In this document: positions 23,300 through 37,387 of the stretch, in pieces
Position numbering within the stretch: position 1 is the stretch's first letter
Layout of the letters: each line of letters begins with the position of its first letter
Source of the DNA: Mobula hypostoma
Taxonomy: Eukaryota
Length of the DNA stretch: 64,000 nt
Assembly (NCBI RefSeq): GCF_963921235.1
Contig: NC_086097.1
Coordinates: forward strand, 12,648,001 to 12,712,000
Direction of reading: 5' to 3'
Position numbers and translations under genes: made by a program
Notes under the pieces: generated by a model
Databases searched by the model: none
Told to the model about the DNA's origin: nothing
Seen by the model: only the letters and a program-made list of their open reading frames with translations

Positions 23300-23760
23300 T
23301 TTATTTTATTTTGAGAAACAGTGTAGAACAGGTCTTTCTGGTTCAACGAGCCACACCTCCCAGCAACCCACCTATTTAATCCTAGCCTTATCACAGGACA
23401 ATTTACAATGACCAATTGACCGACTAACTGATACGTCTTTGGACCAGGGGTTCCCAACTTGGGGTCCATGGACCACAAAGTTCAAAGTACATTTATAATC
23501 AAGTATGTATACATTATACAACCTTGAGATTTGTCTCCTAACAACCAACAACAACCCCTTCCTTAATGGTATTGGTCCGTGGCATTAAAAAAGGATGTGA
23601 ACCCCCCCTTTGAAAGGTGTGAGGATTCCAGAGGACCCAGAGGAAACCCACGTGATTCAAGTGGAGGATGTACATACCGCTTACAGGCGTCGCTGGAACT
23701 GAACTCTGATCTTCGATGCCCTGAGTTTTAACAGCATTGTGCTAATCATTGTGCCCCACT
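23300..23760 (-). mobile_element. V-domain SINE containing a hAT MITE
   Basis: Reverse V-domain near 23615-23655; tail at 23300-23350. Confidence 0.55.
23445..23607. mobile_element. hAT-type MITE, itself interrupted by a LINE 3' fragment (~23477-23553)
   Basis: TIR CAGGGGTTCCCA...GTGAACCCCCC; 8-bp TSD CTTTGGAC/CTTTGAAA; similar to 57428-57505. Confidence 0.55.
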
Positions 23761-24899
23761 TAAGAAGTTGTAAAATTCAGTACATCCAATGAATGTTTGT
23801 GAAAGGGATGGAGGATATTCAGTAGCTAGGTTGTGTATAGCACGCTGTGACAATTAGCAAAAGAAGTGGGTGGATTTGGATAAACACACCATTTCAGATA
23901 CCCTCCCCCAGCTCACCAAGTGGGAGTTTTGGTTCAAGTTTCTCCGTAACTTGTTTTTCACCTTAGTGTTAGTTTTTAGACTATCACAGTGACAAATCTC
24001 TGTGAGACCATGATTTAGAAACAGGGTACATTGTGATGTGCTTGCAGTGGTGACCAATTCTTGATGCCTGGCTCACTTGAAGCCTTTCCCTCAGTGTAAA
24101 AGATGAGATTGAGAGGAGTGAAATTGCTGATTCACCAACTGATATTTCTCTTTTGCAAATCGGAACTCTTTAGAGCAGAGGACGTCCCAAGTTCATTTTA
24201 AAGGCTCCATTTGCACACTGAGCCCTAGCTGATACTTTTCGTTGCATATTTCTTCTCCCTACTGAACATGCCAAAGAAACTTCCTTTAAGTAAATGTAAT
24301 TATCAATCAGGACCTTTATTTTTAATCATTGTCAAAAATATATGTACGTTTAACATTCACTCACTACCTATAAACATCTTATGACCCTTAGAGTGGAAAT
24401 CCAGTGACCTATTTTTTTTCTCTTTTGCCTTCTTTTGAGATTAAATCACCTTTTACGCATAATGTATCCTGTAACTGATCCGGAACGTTTCTCTGCAGAG
24501 AGCTGGAGGAGCAGACAGTCTGCGTAGATCAAGTATCAGTTTCCCTCACTCGGTCAGAATAACTAGTAAATCATTTAATGCCAGATTGAGTTGATAGCAA
24601 GTGGATCAGAGCTCCCCGTATTCAATCCTTTCAACCTCGAGACTGGGACTCTGACAATTGCAGTCTTTCGAACCAGGGGCCTTGATACGCCATGTGGTCC
24701 GGGAGCCTTTACCTCTCATTTAACAGTGCAGTGAGTCTCGTGTAGAAGGTGTGTTTTTGTTAAAGATGAACCTTGGTTTATTTATGTTGTTAACGTAAAG
24801 TGAGCCAAACTGGAACGTCAAACAGGTCGACATGCCAAGTTGTCACTGTGTTGTTTGCTGGGCCATCCTTTGGGAGTCATTTTACTTATTTTGATGGCA

Positions 24900-25245
24900 T
24901 TTACCAAGTTCAAGAACAGTTACTATCCCTCAACCATCAGACTCTTGAACAAAAGGGGATAACTGCACTCACTCGCCCATCCATTGAGTCATTCCCACAA
25001 CCAGTAACCTTACTTTAAGGACTCTTGATCTTGCTACCTCATATTCTTGTTATTGATTGCTACATATTTATATTTGCATTTGCAGAGTTTGTTTCCTTCT
25101 GCATGCTGGTCGATCTTTCACTGATCCTGTTATAACTACTATTCTGTAGATTTGCTCACTAGGTCTGCAGAAAAAGAATCTCAGGGTTGTATGTGGTGAC
25201 ATAAACGTACTCTGATAATAAAATATGCTTTGAACTTGAACTTTG
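24900..25245 (+). mobile_element. Rex1/Babar-type 3' end
   Basis: AAGTTCAAGAACAGTTACTATCCC...GAATCTCAGGGTTG...(TTGAAC)n tail. Confidence 0.55.
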
Positions 25246-25789
25246 ATAACACAGGCAGGGTGGGGTGTGCATTGCCACATTTTTGCTTCATTAGACAGTG
25301 ACACTTTATGCCAGTGACCAGAATTAAAATAATCTTCAGTTTTAATGGCTGATTTCCTTATCTGCTCAATGATATGTGTGAACTTACAATGCCATAGCTT
25401 CTGTCCCCGTGTTCTGCTTCTGTTTCCTGTAGCGCAGTGTGATTTACAAGATCATATTGTTCCTGTAACTAAGTTTTCGTCAAGTGTTTAATACGGAACA
25501 AATTTCCTGAAAATCTTCCAAATTTTAAACTTTTTTCATGAACACCCTACATACTGTGGAGATTAGCAACTCTGTGACACATAAATTGACTCTAAATGTA
25601 CATGGAAAATGCATATTGCTGATTGGAAACATGAGAAAATCAGCAGATGCTGGAAATCTAAGCGACACACACAAAATGCTGGAGGAACTCAGCAGGCGAA
25701 GGGTCTCGGAACAAAATATCAACTGTTTACTCTTTTCCACAGATGCTGCCGGGATTGCTGAGTTCCCTCAGCATTCTATGAGTGGTAGA

Positions 25790-27580
25790 CCATAAGACCA
25801 TAAGATGTAGGGGCAGAATTAAGCCATTTGGTCCATTGAGTCTGTTCCATCATTTTATCATGGCTGATCAATTTTCCCCTCAGCCCCAGTCTCCAGCCTT
25901 CTCCCTTTAGCCCTTCATGCCCTGACTAATCAATAATCTATCAACCATTGCCTTAAATATACCCAATGACTGGGCACAGCTCCCTGTGACAATAAATTCC
26001 ATAGATTACCATTCTCTGGCTAAAGAAATTCCTCCTCATCTCCATTCTAAAAGGATGTCCCTCTTTTGAGGCTGTGTCCTCTGGTCTTAGACTCTCCCAC
26101 CATAGGAAACATCCTGTCCACATCCACTCTATCAAGGCCTTTCACCATCTGATAGGTTTCAATGAGGTCACTCTTCATTATTCTGAATTCCAGTGAATAC
26201 AGGCTCAGAGCCATCGGACGCTCTTCCTATGACAAGCCATTCAATCTTGGAATCATTTTCATGAACCTCCTTTGAACCCTCTCCAATTTCAGCACATCCT
26301 TTCTACGATAAGTGGACCAAAACTGCTCACAATACTCCAAGCGAGGCCTTACCAGTGCTTTATAGAGTCTCAACATTATATTCTTGCTTTTACATTCTAG
26401 TCCTCTTGAAATGAATGCTAACATCGCATTTACCTTCCTCAACCCAGACTCGACCTGCAAATTAATCTTTAGGGAATCCTGTACAGGCACTTTCTCTCCA
26501 TTTGAGAATAGTCAGTCCTTTTATTCCTCCTATCAAAAAGCATGACCATACACTTGCTGACACTGTATTCCATCTGCCACTTCTTTGTCCATTCTCCTAA
26601 TCTGTCTAAGTCCTTCTGTAGCCTCTCCACTTCCTCAGAACTATCTGCCCCTCCACCTATCTTCATATTGCCTGCAAACTTTGCAACAAAGCTATCAATT
26701 CCATCATCCAAATCATTGACATATGACGTAAAAAGAATCGGTCCCAACACAAATCCTTGTGAAACATCACTAGTCACTGGCAGCCAACCAGAAGAGGCTT
26801 CCTTTACTGCCACTCTTTGTCTTCTGCCCGTCAGTCACTGCTTTATTCATGCTAGAATCTTCCTTGTAATACCAAGGGCTCATAGCCTGGTAAGCATCCT
26901 CATGTGTGGCACCTTGTCAAAGGCCTTCTGAAAATCCAAATAAACAACATAATCCAATTCTCCTTTGTCCATCCTGCTTGTTATTTCTTCAAAGAATTCC
27001 AACAGGCTTGTCAGGCAAGATTTTCCCTTGAGGAAACCATGCCGCCTACAGCCTGTTTCATGATGTGCCTCCGAGTACCCTGAAACCTTATCCTTAATAA
27101 ATGACTCCAACATCTTCCCAACAACTGAGATCAGACTAACTGGCCTATAATTTCCTTTCTTCTGCCTCACTCCATTCTTGAAGAGTGGAGTGATATTTGC
27201 AAATTTCCAGTCTTCCGGGACCATTTCAGAATCTAGTGATTCTTGAAAGATCATTACTAATGCCACCACAATCTCTTCAGTCACCTCTTTCAGAACCTTA
27301 GGTGTACACCATCTGGTCCAGGTGACTTATCTACGTTCAGACCTTTCAGTTTTCCTAGAACCTTCTCCCTAATAATGGTAATTTCAACAACTTCATGACA
27401 CCTGTCACCTGGACCTTCCACCATACTGCTAGTATCTTCCACAGTGAAGACTGAAGCAAAATACTTTTTCAGTTCAACCACCATTTCCTTGTTCCCCCAT
27501 TACTATCTTTCCAGCATCCTTTTCCAGTGGTCAGATATCCACTCTTGCCTCTTTTTTTACACTTTATGTATCTAAAGAAA
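25790..27580 (-). pseudogene. Frameshifted CR1 LINE RT and 3' end
   Basis: Consecutive ORFs 27290-27484, 26880-27284, 26469-26813, 26227-26490 with RT motifs; (CCATAAGA)n tail. Confidence 0.9.
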
Positions 27581-27654
27581 GCTGATATACTGTATAGCTG
27601 AGTTATAGGTAAAGGTCTTTGGCTGATTGTTGGGTATTAAATGTACCCCCTTGT

Positions 27655-27870
27655 GAGGCATGGTAGTGTAGGGACCCAGGTTCAATTCCTGCTGCTGTCT
27701 GTAAGGAGCTTATACTTTCTCCTTTTACTATATGAGCATCCTCTGGGTAGTACAGTTCCTTCCACGTTCCAAAGATTTATGGTTTAGTAGGTTAATTGGT
27801 CACATGGGTGTACATGGGTAACATGGGCTTGTTGGGCCGGAATGGCCTGTTACTGTGGTGTATTTCTAAA
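27655..27870 (+). mobile_element. Degraded V-domain SINE
   Basis: B-box GGTTCAATTCC, TAGTAGGTTAATTGGTCACATGGG, GGGCCGGAATGGCCTGTT tail. Confidence 0.55.
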
Positions 27871-28354
27871 CACAGAAAGATTAACATTCCCAAAAGGCTG
27901 TCTTTTGTGTGCATTTTTTGAACTGGAGGTGGTTTGGAGAATGGACAATTTTAATCTACAAAACATTGGCCATAAAGCTCAACTCTATCTTGATCACCAT
28001 TGAATTGAACAGAAGAGAGCATTGAGCAGGTTTTAAAACAGGTGTTGGCAGTGCAAGAAAGAGCAATCAAGTGAGCGTAGCTTAGATCACCCACTCCATA
28101 CCTCCCAGTGGAGTAGTAATCAAGTACAGAACCTGCGGTGCATTTGAGAAAATTGATCCAATAACGTAGCAGTTAGCTAAGGATTGCTTTTTTGAAATGT
28201 TTCATGTGATTTAAGCAAGTTGCACTGATAAGTTTGAGAGTGGTATTGGTTGTACTGTTGGAAACTCGTGCCTTTGAACAATTGTGAAATAAAAAGCTGG
28301 ATAACCTCTTATACTTTTATTGACATTGGTTGAGGGATAAATGTTAGCTGAGAT

Positions 28355-28616
28355 GTTACACGTAAAAATCCCAGGAGTTCTGCAGTTTCTGAGACACACA
28401 AACCATCTCATCCAGCACCAACAATTGTTCCACGATCGAAGTCCATTTAGATTACATTTCTTTGCCATTCTGAGGTTTGGTCTGAGCAACAACTGATCCT
28501 CTTGACCATGTCTGCAATGCTTTTATGCATTGAGTTGCTGCCATATAATTGGTTGATTAGATATTTGCCTTAATGAACAGGTATGCATCTGTATCTAATA
28601 AAGTGGCCACTGAGTA
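28355..28616 (-). mobile_element. Tc1/mariner transposon left end with start of transposase
   Basis: TIR CTCAGTGGCCACTTTATTAGATACA next to TA; degenerate MAKKCNLN.. N-terminus; same TIR at 52743-52782. Confidence 0.65.
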
Positions 28617-28744
28617 CAGGTTTTTAAGAAGTTCTAATTCCAATGGTCATTCACTGTCTCCCTCTCCTAAAACTGAATGCGCACTTTGAAAGGCTGTGCA
28701 TTTGCATTTTTGCTCTGGTTGAGATATCCTATTGCTCAATGTAG

Positions 28745-29386
28745 TAATGGTGGCCGATGATGTAGGAGGATGAGATAGCAGCGCGCCGTGTGCACAAAGC
28801 CTTCCAGTGAGAAATGATATTGTATCCATTAAATAGGGGCCGTGGACAATTCTGATTTGATGGAGACAGACGTGAAAGCACAGAGGAACATCTGGAGAAA
28901 TTTCTGAAACGCCAGTTCACTGCCGTTGTTACTGTGCAATCGAGAAATCTTCCGGAGGGGAGTCCCCAAAATCCCCGGCTTTGTCTGCTGCTGGCGACTG
29001 AGATTGAGGTCGAATCGTTCGGACAGAGATGGCGCTCAGTACTTGGTGTCGGAGGGCTGATCGGAGGCTCGAAGTTTTCAGATGACTCAGAGTCGGACTG
29101 TGGTCGGGCATGGCAGGGAGAGTTTTCTTCCTTCTCCCGTCTGCGTGAGCTGTGGGACATTTGAGAGAATTTGAACTTTTTACTGTGCCATGGACTGTTC
29201 TTCATCAAGTTATGGTATTGTTGCACTGTTGTAACTATATGTTATAATTATGTGGTTTTGTTAGTTTTTTTCAGTCTTGGTTTGTGCTGTGTTTTGTGAT
29301 ATCACACCGAAGGAAGTAATGCATCATTTCTTAATGCATGCATTACTAAATGACAATAAAAGAAGACTGCATGTCTTCATAATCTA
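28745..29386 (+). mobile_element. Non-autonomous retroelement (~640 bp), same family as 7122-7800
   Basis: Shared ACAATTCTGATTTGATGGAGAC and TGACAATAAAAGAAGACTG...CATAATCTAA end. Confidence 0.7.
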
Positions 29387-29389
29387 ATT

Positions 29390-29585
29390 AGTTAGAGGTA
29401 TCAACATTGGACTTCAAGGCCAGTGGACCATTCCTGGGGTCAAATTCAGCCAGCTCCTTGCACGCTTTCCAAGCATGCTAGGTTGAGCATTGAGCTACCA
29501 GCTCGGCCCCATATAAACAGTCAAATGCCATGGAAATGGCAAAATGCTGCCATTGTGCCACAAAGTGTGAAAAAGGAACAACAAT
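29390..29585 (+). mobile_element. Degraded tRNA-derived SINE related to 53645-53907
   Basis: CAGCCAGCTCCTTGCACGCTTTCCA shared. Confidence 0.45.
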
Positions 29586-29714
29586 GTATTAATATATAAC
29601 TTTTTCCCATCAATTTCCTCAGTACATTTTTGAGAAACCTCCTGACTGTTCAATTTTTTTTTGGATGTGATTACAGGTCTAATGGAAATAAATATGACTA
29701 TTAGTTACCATTAT

Positions 29715-30035
29715 GCTACTTGTGTTGGGGGCAGCAGTGAAGGTCCTCCATTCCTACCTATCCTTGGCCACTCAGATGTCGAAGAATTCTCCATCGCTGT
29801 TTCCATAACAATTTTGTTTTACCAGGCAGGGATGTTACCCTGAGTTGAACCCCCGAGCCTGGAGGACCAGTGGACCACCTTTAATCCAAGCTCTACCCTT
29901 TGGCCTGTTTGGTATGGGTGACCCTACTAAGAGCCAAAGCGAACAAACCCTAACCCCAGCTAACACAGCTTTTTTGGGTCATTGAGGCAAACAAGCCTCC
30001 AAACCCCACAAGAAGGTTGTTGTCTTCTTGGAGGC
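29715..30035 (-). mobile_element. Non-autonomous RTE-like element, family A (internal deletion)
   Basis: Homology to 4847-5250. Confidence 0.6.
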
Positions 30036-31984
30036 TTAGCTACCCTGGAGATTGATTGAGAAGACTGGAGATCATATGCTGTTTCTTTTGGTGGTATACA
30101 TTTGTATGGTTGAACGACTGTAAACTAGAATTTGAAATTGAGCCATCAGGTTATCCCTCAAGGGTTCAATGCAGCACGACCATAAGACGACAAAACATTG
30201 GAGCTGAATGAGGACTTTTGGCCCATTGAGTCTGCTCCACCATTCAATCATGGCAGAATCATTTTTCACAGCTCACTAATTTAATAGAAAAATAATTGCC
30301 TGATGTAAAATTAACATTAAAATTAAATACAATTTATATCTTTCTCTTCATTTTCAGGTTCTGGGCACCCATGGCAAGTTTAGGATTTATCACCAATCCT
30401 TAATTGTCCTTTTGAGATGTAGTGAGTATCCTTCAAGAGCAGCTTCAATCCTTCTGGTGAAGGGACTCCCATATGCTGTTGGGTCAGGAGTTCCAGCACC
30501 TACACCCATCTGCAGCGTGTCTCCAAGTCAGCATAATGCGGGACCTGAGAGGGGAAGCTGCACTATCTGCTGTCCTTGTCCCGTTCAGTAGTTAAGGTCT
30601 CCAGTCCCATCAGAGAGTTGTCCTCAGATTAGTCCAGGTAAGGAAGTGGACTGAATTTTGCTTTTTAAATTTTCATTACATAGGTTTTGACATTCTTACT
30701 GTTTGAACTTGTTCCAATGCGGATTTCAAAAATATTTATACTACCTTAAGCCAACAGTCCATTTTACAATTTGGCAAGTAATTTCAACATTCTACCAACT
30801 AAAAGTCATAAGTACCTCACTTGATTTTTTGGCAGATGGAGGGAGGAAATTCAATGATTGCAAACAGCAGAAAAAAATATCTTTTTACTTTCCATATTTC
30901 AACAGATTATTCAGTATTTGGAAGATGTACAAAGGAACTCTACACATTTATATAATCACACAATAAGTTTATAGAACTTAGGCCCGTAATTGGCCCTTTG
31001 AGATCTACTTTTGCTTGTGAACCCTCCTTTCTGAGATGAAGAAAAAAAGAGACTCACAATCTCAAGACATCCAAAGAACATTATGCAGGGTAGGTTTTTA
31101 AATTGTAGTCAAAGGTGGAATGAGGAAATGTTGAGGTAGATTGTGACATTGGCTCTTAAACCATTAAAATTATCTTCAAAAATGCTTCATACCATCCATA
31201 AGGCCATAATGTATCGACACAGAATTAGGCCATTTAGCCCATTGAGTCTGCTCTGCCATAACACCAAGAGACTTTTCCAAGTCTCTTCTCCTGCCATCTC
31301 TCACAACCCTTAACATCCTTATCAATCAAGACCCTTAAATCTCTGCCTTAAGTACATTTAACGGCTTTGTCTATAATGCTGTAGGGTTCTCTCCCTCAAG
31401 AACCTATGTTATTTCCTTCTAAGATTAATTATAAGGATCTAATTTTCTCCATGCTTTCAGATCCAGATAACTGTTCCTGAAGTCCTGAGGGAAAATATTT
31501 CTCCTCTTCTCTCCTGTTGAAGAGTAACAAAGAGAGGTGCTTTAATATGGGGAAAATGCTTTACAGGCTAGAAACTGAACAAACTGGGAAATCTTTCATT
31601 ACGTAAGCTGGGGTATAACTAACAAATGGAGCAATAATTACTGGATAAAGGTGTCAAAAGCAAAATAAAACTAAGGGAGGTCAACTTGGTTTAAGTATTT
31701 TATCAAGCAAGACCTTACATAACAAATTATTTAAAATTAATTATTAGTTATCTTTTCTTATGATCGTTCAAAAGAACATTGTTTTGATTTCCCCAAACCA
31801 AGTCTACCCATTTTAGGTTATTTTGGAAATCATCCTCTCATGGTACTATGCGTAAATCAAGAGAAATAATTTGTAATCCGCACTTGACACAAAATTAGTG
31901 TGATTACTCAAGCTGAGTATGCTGTTTCTCTTTCTACAGATGTTACTTGTCCTATTATACAATTTTTTTGTTTTTGAGATCCTT

Positions 31985-32158
31985 GTATGTGTGTATGTAT
32001 GTTTGAGCATGTGTATATGTGTTTGTGAAAGTGTGTGTGTGTGTTTGTGAGTGTGTATATGTGTTTGTGAATGAGTGTGTGTGTGTTTGTGAATGAGTGT
32101 GTGCGTGTATGTTTGAGGGTGTGTACATATGTTTGTGAATGTGTGTGTGTTTGTATGT
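31985..32158. repeat. Imperfect (TG)n microsatellite
   Basis: Seen directly. Confidence 0.9.
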
Positions 32159-32969
32159 ACCTGCTCTTGGTCATAATGATTAAGAGAAGCTGTGTGTACA
32201 GTGAGCCCAGTTCAGTACATCTACTGTTAGGTTTGTTCAGATACACATTGCTCTTATTTTCCCAAAATCAAACCTATTCAACTTTGGTTATTTTGGAAGT
32301 CATCCCTTTCACGCACACATGCACATGTTAAGAAGAAACGACTCACTATGCAGTAAAATCCACGCATGTGTTCACCTGATTCTGACAACTTCTCCCCACC
32401 CCATGAGGACACAGCTGAATATATATCAGTCTCTGGAGTCCCAATGCATGAGTGTGAGCTTTCAGAGACTAAAACATTTCTTTAAATGCTCACTCATTTG
32501 TGCAGTTATCGCCCGCACAGTCGCAATTTGTTGTTTAATGCGGTAAACCGTTCGGCAATCTTCCAACCCCACCAGGCCCTCGGGAGCAGGAAATTCAAGA
32601 AGATAAGTTTGCACCAGGCTAGCAATTGAATCAAAATTCTAAGATTTGAATACACTTAGATTTGGATCATTGCTCACTGTGAATGGGAGATGTTGCTGTT
32701 TCAGTGAATTATAATTGAATACAGAATGCAAGAGTTTTTCTTAAACTAAGGTGACACTGAAATGTTGTCATCGTGATTTTTTTTTATTTATTCACTTTTC
32801 AAGACACTGGTGTTTATTGTTCACTTTTATTACATCTCAGCCATTAGGCTCTTGAACCAGACAGGATAACTTCATTCAGCTTCACTTACCCAACACTATA
32901 GCCTATAACCTATAACCTATAAACTATGGACTCACTTTTAAGGACTCCTGATCTCATGTTCTCAATAAT

Positions 32970-33322
32970 CACTTACTTAATGCCCACTATGCCACCGGCA
33001 TTTAGGGATGCAGTGCAAGACCTCTATCTCTGGTGGTGTTCAGGGCTTCCTTCATCGTGTCAGTAACCTCCTCTTGGTTTTCACTACTGTCAGTCATGCC
33101 AGTCCCAGATGGAGACTCAGGAATATCGTCACACTCACATGTCGGAGGAATTTTCATTGCTATTTTCATAATAATTTAGTTTTACTAGTCAGGGTTGATA
33201 GCCATGAGCTGAACCCACAAATCTGAAGGACCAGTGGACCCCTCTTATTCTGGCCTCTACCCTTTGACCTGTTTGGCATGGGTGACCCTACCAGAGCATA
33301 AGCCCAGACTCCAGCCAACATA
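32970..33322 (-). mobile_element. Non-autonomous RTE-like element, family A (5'-truncated)
   Basis: Homology; (ACTT)n end on plus strand. Confidence 0.6.
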
Positions 33323-33675
33323 TTATTTATTCACTTTTCAGAATATTGGGCACTACTGACAAGGTCAGTATACAGTATATTATCAATTTTTATTACCACT
33401 CAACCATCGGGTTCTTGAATCAGAGGGGACAACTTCACTCACCCCAACACCGAACTGTTCCCACAACGTATGGGCTCATTTTCAAGGACACTACAACTCA
33501 TGTTCTCCATAATTATTGCTTTATTATTATTATATTTTTCATTCTGTATTTGCACAGTTTGTTGCTTTTGCACATTGGTTGTTCACATCTTTGCTGTGTA
33601 CAGTTTTTTATTAATTCTATTGTGTTTCTTTTTAATCACTGTGAATTCACATAAGAAAATGAATCTCAGGGTAGT

Positions 33676-34470
33676 AAATGTCACTCCACTCTTCAAAAAA
33701 GGGAGAAAAACATAAGAGAGGAAATTATAGGCCAGTTAGCCTAACCTCAGTGGTTGGGAAAGTGTTGGAGTCCATTAGCAAGGATGAGGTTTCAGGTTAC
33801 TCGGACAATAATGATAAAATAAGTCAAAGTCAGCATGGTTTCTGTAAGGGGAATCCTGCCTGACAAATCTGTTAGAGTTCTTTGAGGAAGTAACAAGCAG
33901 GGTGGACAGAGAGGCAGTGGATGTGGTTTACTTGGATTTTATAGAAGGCATTTAATAAGATGCCACACACGAGGCTGCTTAACAAGATAAAATCCTCTGG
34001 CGTTACAGGAAAGATACTGGCATGGATAGAAAAATGCTGACAGGCAGGAGGTGGTCGAGTGGGAATAAATGGGGTCTTTTCTGGTTGGCTGCCAGTGACT
34101 AGTGGTGTTCCTCAGGGGTCAGTATTCAGACTGCTACTTTTCACATTGTTTGTCAATGATTTAGAAAGTGGAATTGATGGTTTTGTGGCAAAGTTTGCGG
34201 ATGATATGAAGATAGGGGGAAGGGCAGGTAGTATTGAGGAAGCAATGTGATAAATAAATTGGAAGATAAATAAATAGATAAATTGGAAGATTGGGCAAAA
34301 ACGTGGCAGATGTGATACAGTGTTGAGAAATGTATGAGAATGCATTTTGGTAAAAGGAGCAATAGTGCAGACTATTATCTAAATGTGGAGAAAATTCAAA
34401 CAGTGACTTAGGAGTCCTTGTGCAAGACTCCCAGAAAGTTAATTCACAGGTTGAGCCTGTGGTAATGAAG
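33676..34470 (+). pseudogene. CR1 LINE RT fragment (frameshifted)
   Basis: GNYRPVSLTSVVGKVLE, VTSGVPQGSV, AKFADD. Confidence 0.88.
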
Positions 34471-34479
34471 TTTTGTAAG

Positions 34480-35040
34480 TGCTCCTCTGTGTCCCTTGAC
34501 TATACCTTCTTGATCCTCAACTTTGGTGCCGTGGTCTTTGGTCTCTGCCTATATGCTGGGAGTGGAAGTAGAGGGAGGTGATTGGACTTTCCAAAGTGTG
34601 GGCGTGGGATAGTACGGAAAGAACTCTTGATGCTGGTATAACTGTGTTCAATTGTGTCAGCTCCTCTCGTTCCACAGGTGATATGTTGGTAGTAGTTGTT
34701 CAGAGACTTTTTCAAACTGGCCTTGTTGATATCCCCAATGATAGGGAAAGCATCAGGGTGCGCAGTTTCGTGCCGGCTGATTATATTGCTCAGCTCCTCT
34801 GTAGCCTTCCTGACATTGGCCTGAGGTAGAATATACACTGCTACCAGGATTATGGTGGGAAACTCTCTCGGCAGATAAAATGGATGATATTTAACCACTG
34901 GATGTTCCGGGTCGGGTGAGCAGGACTGCCGCATTTGTGCACCGCGATGAGTTAATTAGAAATTACACTCCACCTCCCTGCCTTTAGAAGACTGAGCTTC
35001 CCTGTCTTTGCGGGAAATGGTGAAGCTGCAGCACTAAATC
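34480..35040 (-). pseudogene. Rex1/Babar LINE AP-endonuclease fragment
   Basis: ORF 34500-34934 CSPDPEH...PFYLPREF...VAVYILPQAN...IIGDIN...FGKSNH. Confidence 0.8.
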
Positions 35041-35169
35041 TGAAATGGCGGGTGTGATCCTTTTAATCATACTTAACTGGGGAAGTGGAGAGTATTCCCT
35101 CGCATGCCTAATTTGAGCATTTTAGATAGTAGAAAGGCATTAGAGGAATAATGTAGGATACAGAGGAGT

Positions 35170-35610
35170 CAGAATCAAAATCAAGCTTTTAATACCACCG
35201 CGATATGTCATAAAATTTATTTTGTGACAGCAGTGCGGTGTAATACATAGTGTTTAAAAAAACTATAAATTCCAAAGAGAAATTTAAAACACTATGATTA
35301 AATATGTAGTGCAAAAAGAGAGCAAAAAACAAGGAAAAAGAAACTTTGAGTTAGTGTACATGGGTTCATTGTCCATTCAGAAATCTGATGGTGGAGGGGA
35401 AGAAGCTGTTCCTAAAACATTGACTGTGTGGCTTCAGGCTCCTGCACCTCCTTCTTGATGATCGCTATGAGAAGAGGGTATGTCCTGCGTGATAGGAGTT
35501 CTTATTGATGGATGCCACCTTCTTGGCATTGCCCTTTGAAGTGTCCTTGATGTTGGGGAGGTTAGATGGAGGTGACTGTGCTTACCAGTTACTGCAGCTC
35601 TTTCTGATCC
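35170..35610 (-). mobile_element. Rex1/Babar-type 3' fragment
   Basis: TCAGAATCAAAATCA tail and GGAGGGGAAGAAGCTGTTCCT motif. Confidence 0.55.
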
Positions 35611-36217
35611 TGCTCATGTCCCACAGATCTCCATGCAAGGAAGGACAGCCCATCACCTCCAGCAGAAGGCAAGGTCACTTGAGCCAATTTCAATACACTG
35701 TAAAATGGAGCAGTTGTATAGAGTGGCCAGTCCATGCGTGTTTTCTACTTCTTTGAAGTTATTATGTTCCTTTACTGAGCTGAGAGTGTAAGAGTAGCAG
35801 TTGCTATAAATAGCAGCTACTTATTTCATAATTAAACTGAAACATTTTCGAAAGGGTGGTAATGTCACTGCAGGACAGAAAATGATTGCTTTGACAATAA
35901 GAATGCTTTTGCCACGATTTCCACTGGTCTCCTATTTTGTTAAAAGGTTTGTCACAGCAGGGATGGACTTATTTATGTCAAATTTCTGAGCAACATTTTA
36001 ACAATTCCTATCACACTTTAGTGCTGGCCAATCAGTATGTCCAATATATCGCACAAACAGATCATTCCTCCATATGGAGGTTGGATATGCACGTATTAGC
36101 TGCCATGTCATCACAGTGACAATATCTCAAAGCTGCCACATTGGTTGTGTCCAAACTTCTTCTACCAAAAGCTCACTTTGAGAAAGCGCTATAGGGCTAT
36201 TAAAATGAAAACTTCAT

Positions 36218-36596
36218 GCCATCTGGGTAGCCTCCAATCTGATGGCATGAACATCAATATTTCTAACTTCCAGTAATTTCTTCCCCTCCCACTTCCCTCT
36301 CTTTCCTTTCTCTATTCTGTCTTCCTCTTACCTAGTCTCTTCTCCTCACCTGCCTATCACCACTTCCTGACGCCCCTCCTCCTTCCCTTTCTCCCATAGT
36401 CCACTCTCCTCTCCTGTCAGATTCCTTCTTCTCCAGTGCTCTAACGTTTCCACCAGCTTCTCACTTCATCCGCCCTCCCCCAGCCACCTGGCTTCACCCA
36501 TCTCCATCTGGCTTGTACTCCTCGCTCCACCAACACCCCCACACACACTCTTATTCTGGCTTCTTCCCTTTCCTTCCCAGTCCTGATGAAGGGTTT
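36218..36596 (+). mobile_element. Penelope ORF end plus pseudo-LTR, truncated within the hammerhead
   Basis: HLGSLQSDGMNINISNFQ-stop, pyrimidine-rich UTR, CAGTCCTGATGAAGGG. Confidence 0.7.
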
Positions 36597-37387
36597 ATTA
36601 GTTTCACTTCACTTAGTAGTTTCTTTCCCCTGGCAGTTAATCTGATCAACCATTCTAGTTAGCCCCCACCAACCACCCCCTCTATCTACAAACTCAATAA
36701 CTGCACTGCACTGTAAACATTTTAAAACATTTTCCTGATTAGTCAGGAGGTCAAAGGTTATGGGGAGAATAAATCAGCCTTGATAGAATAATGAAGCAGA
36801 CCCAATGGGACAAATGGCCTAATTTTGCTCCTACATCTTATGATTTTATGGTCTAAACCACTTTTTATCATTGTAATACGTGCTGGTATTTACATATTTA
36901 TGCACATTTTATTCTGTATCCATACTTTAACTTCTAACTTATTTTTATATATTTCTTTACTTTGTGTAACTGATGGAGTGCACCACCACACCACACCAAA
37001 TTCCTAATACATGTAAATGTATATGGTGAATAAAGTTGATCCTAAAACATTTCATTGTCACCGGAAACTATGAACGATGTCACGAAGATTCATGATTTAA
37101 GCTTGTTTAATGTAATTTCCTGTGCATAAGTGCAAAGGAGAACGAAATAATTGTTACTCCAGATCTGATGCAGCCCAAAAACAAACTCAATAAGATAAAG
37201 AAACAATAATAAAAAAGCACAATAAATATAAATACACAAGATAGATTATACATTGTACATAGATTAATTGTATATCCGTAATGTGATGCTAGGTCCAGGA
37301 GTGTCTGTACAGCAAGTCTTCCATTTCCTGCATTCTGCTTTCATCCCCTCGGAGTTAACTTGAAAGCCGCTTTCTCCCAGAGACCAT

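Noticed and set aside
24490..24540. Possible exon CTCTGCAG|A GAG CTG GAG GAG CAG...|GTATCA
   Set aside because: Weak donor, peptide ELEEQTVCVDQ not recognised
30335..30620. Strong splice acceptor TTCATTTTCAG
   Set aside because: Downstream sequence resembles an old antisense LINE 3' end and has no open frame I recognise
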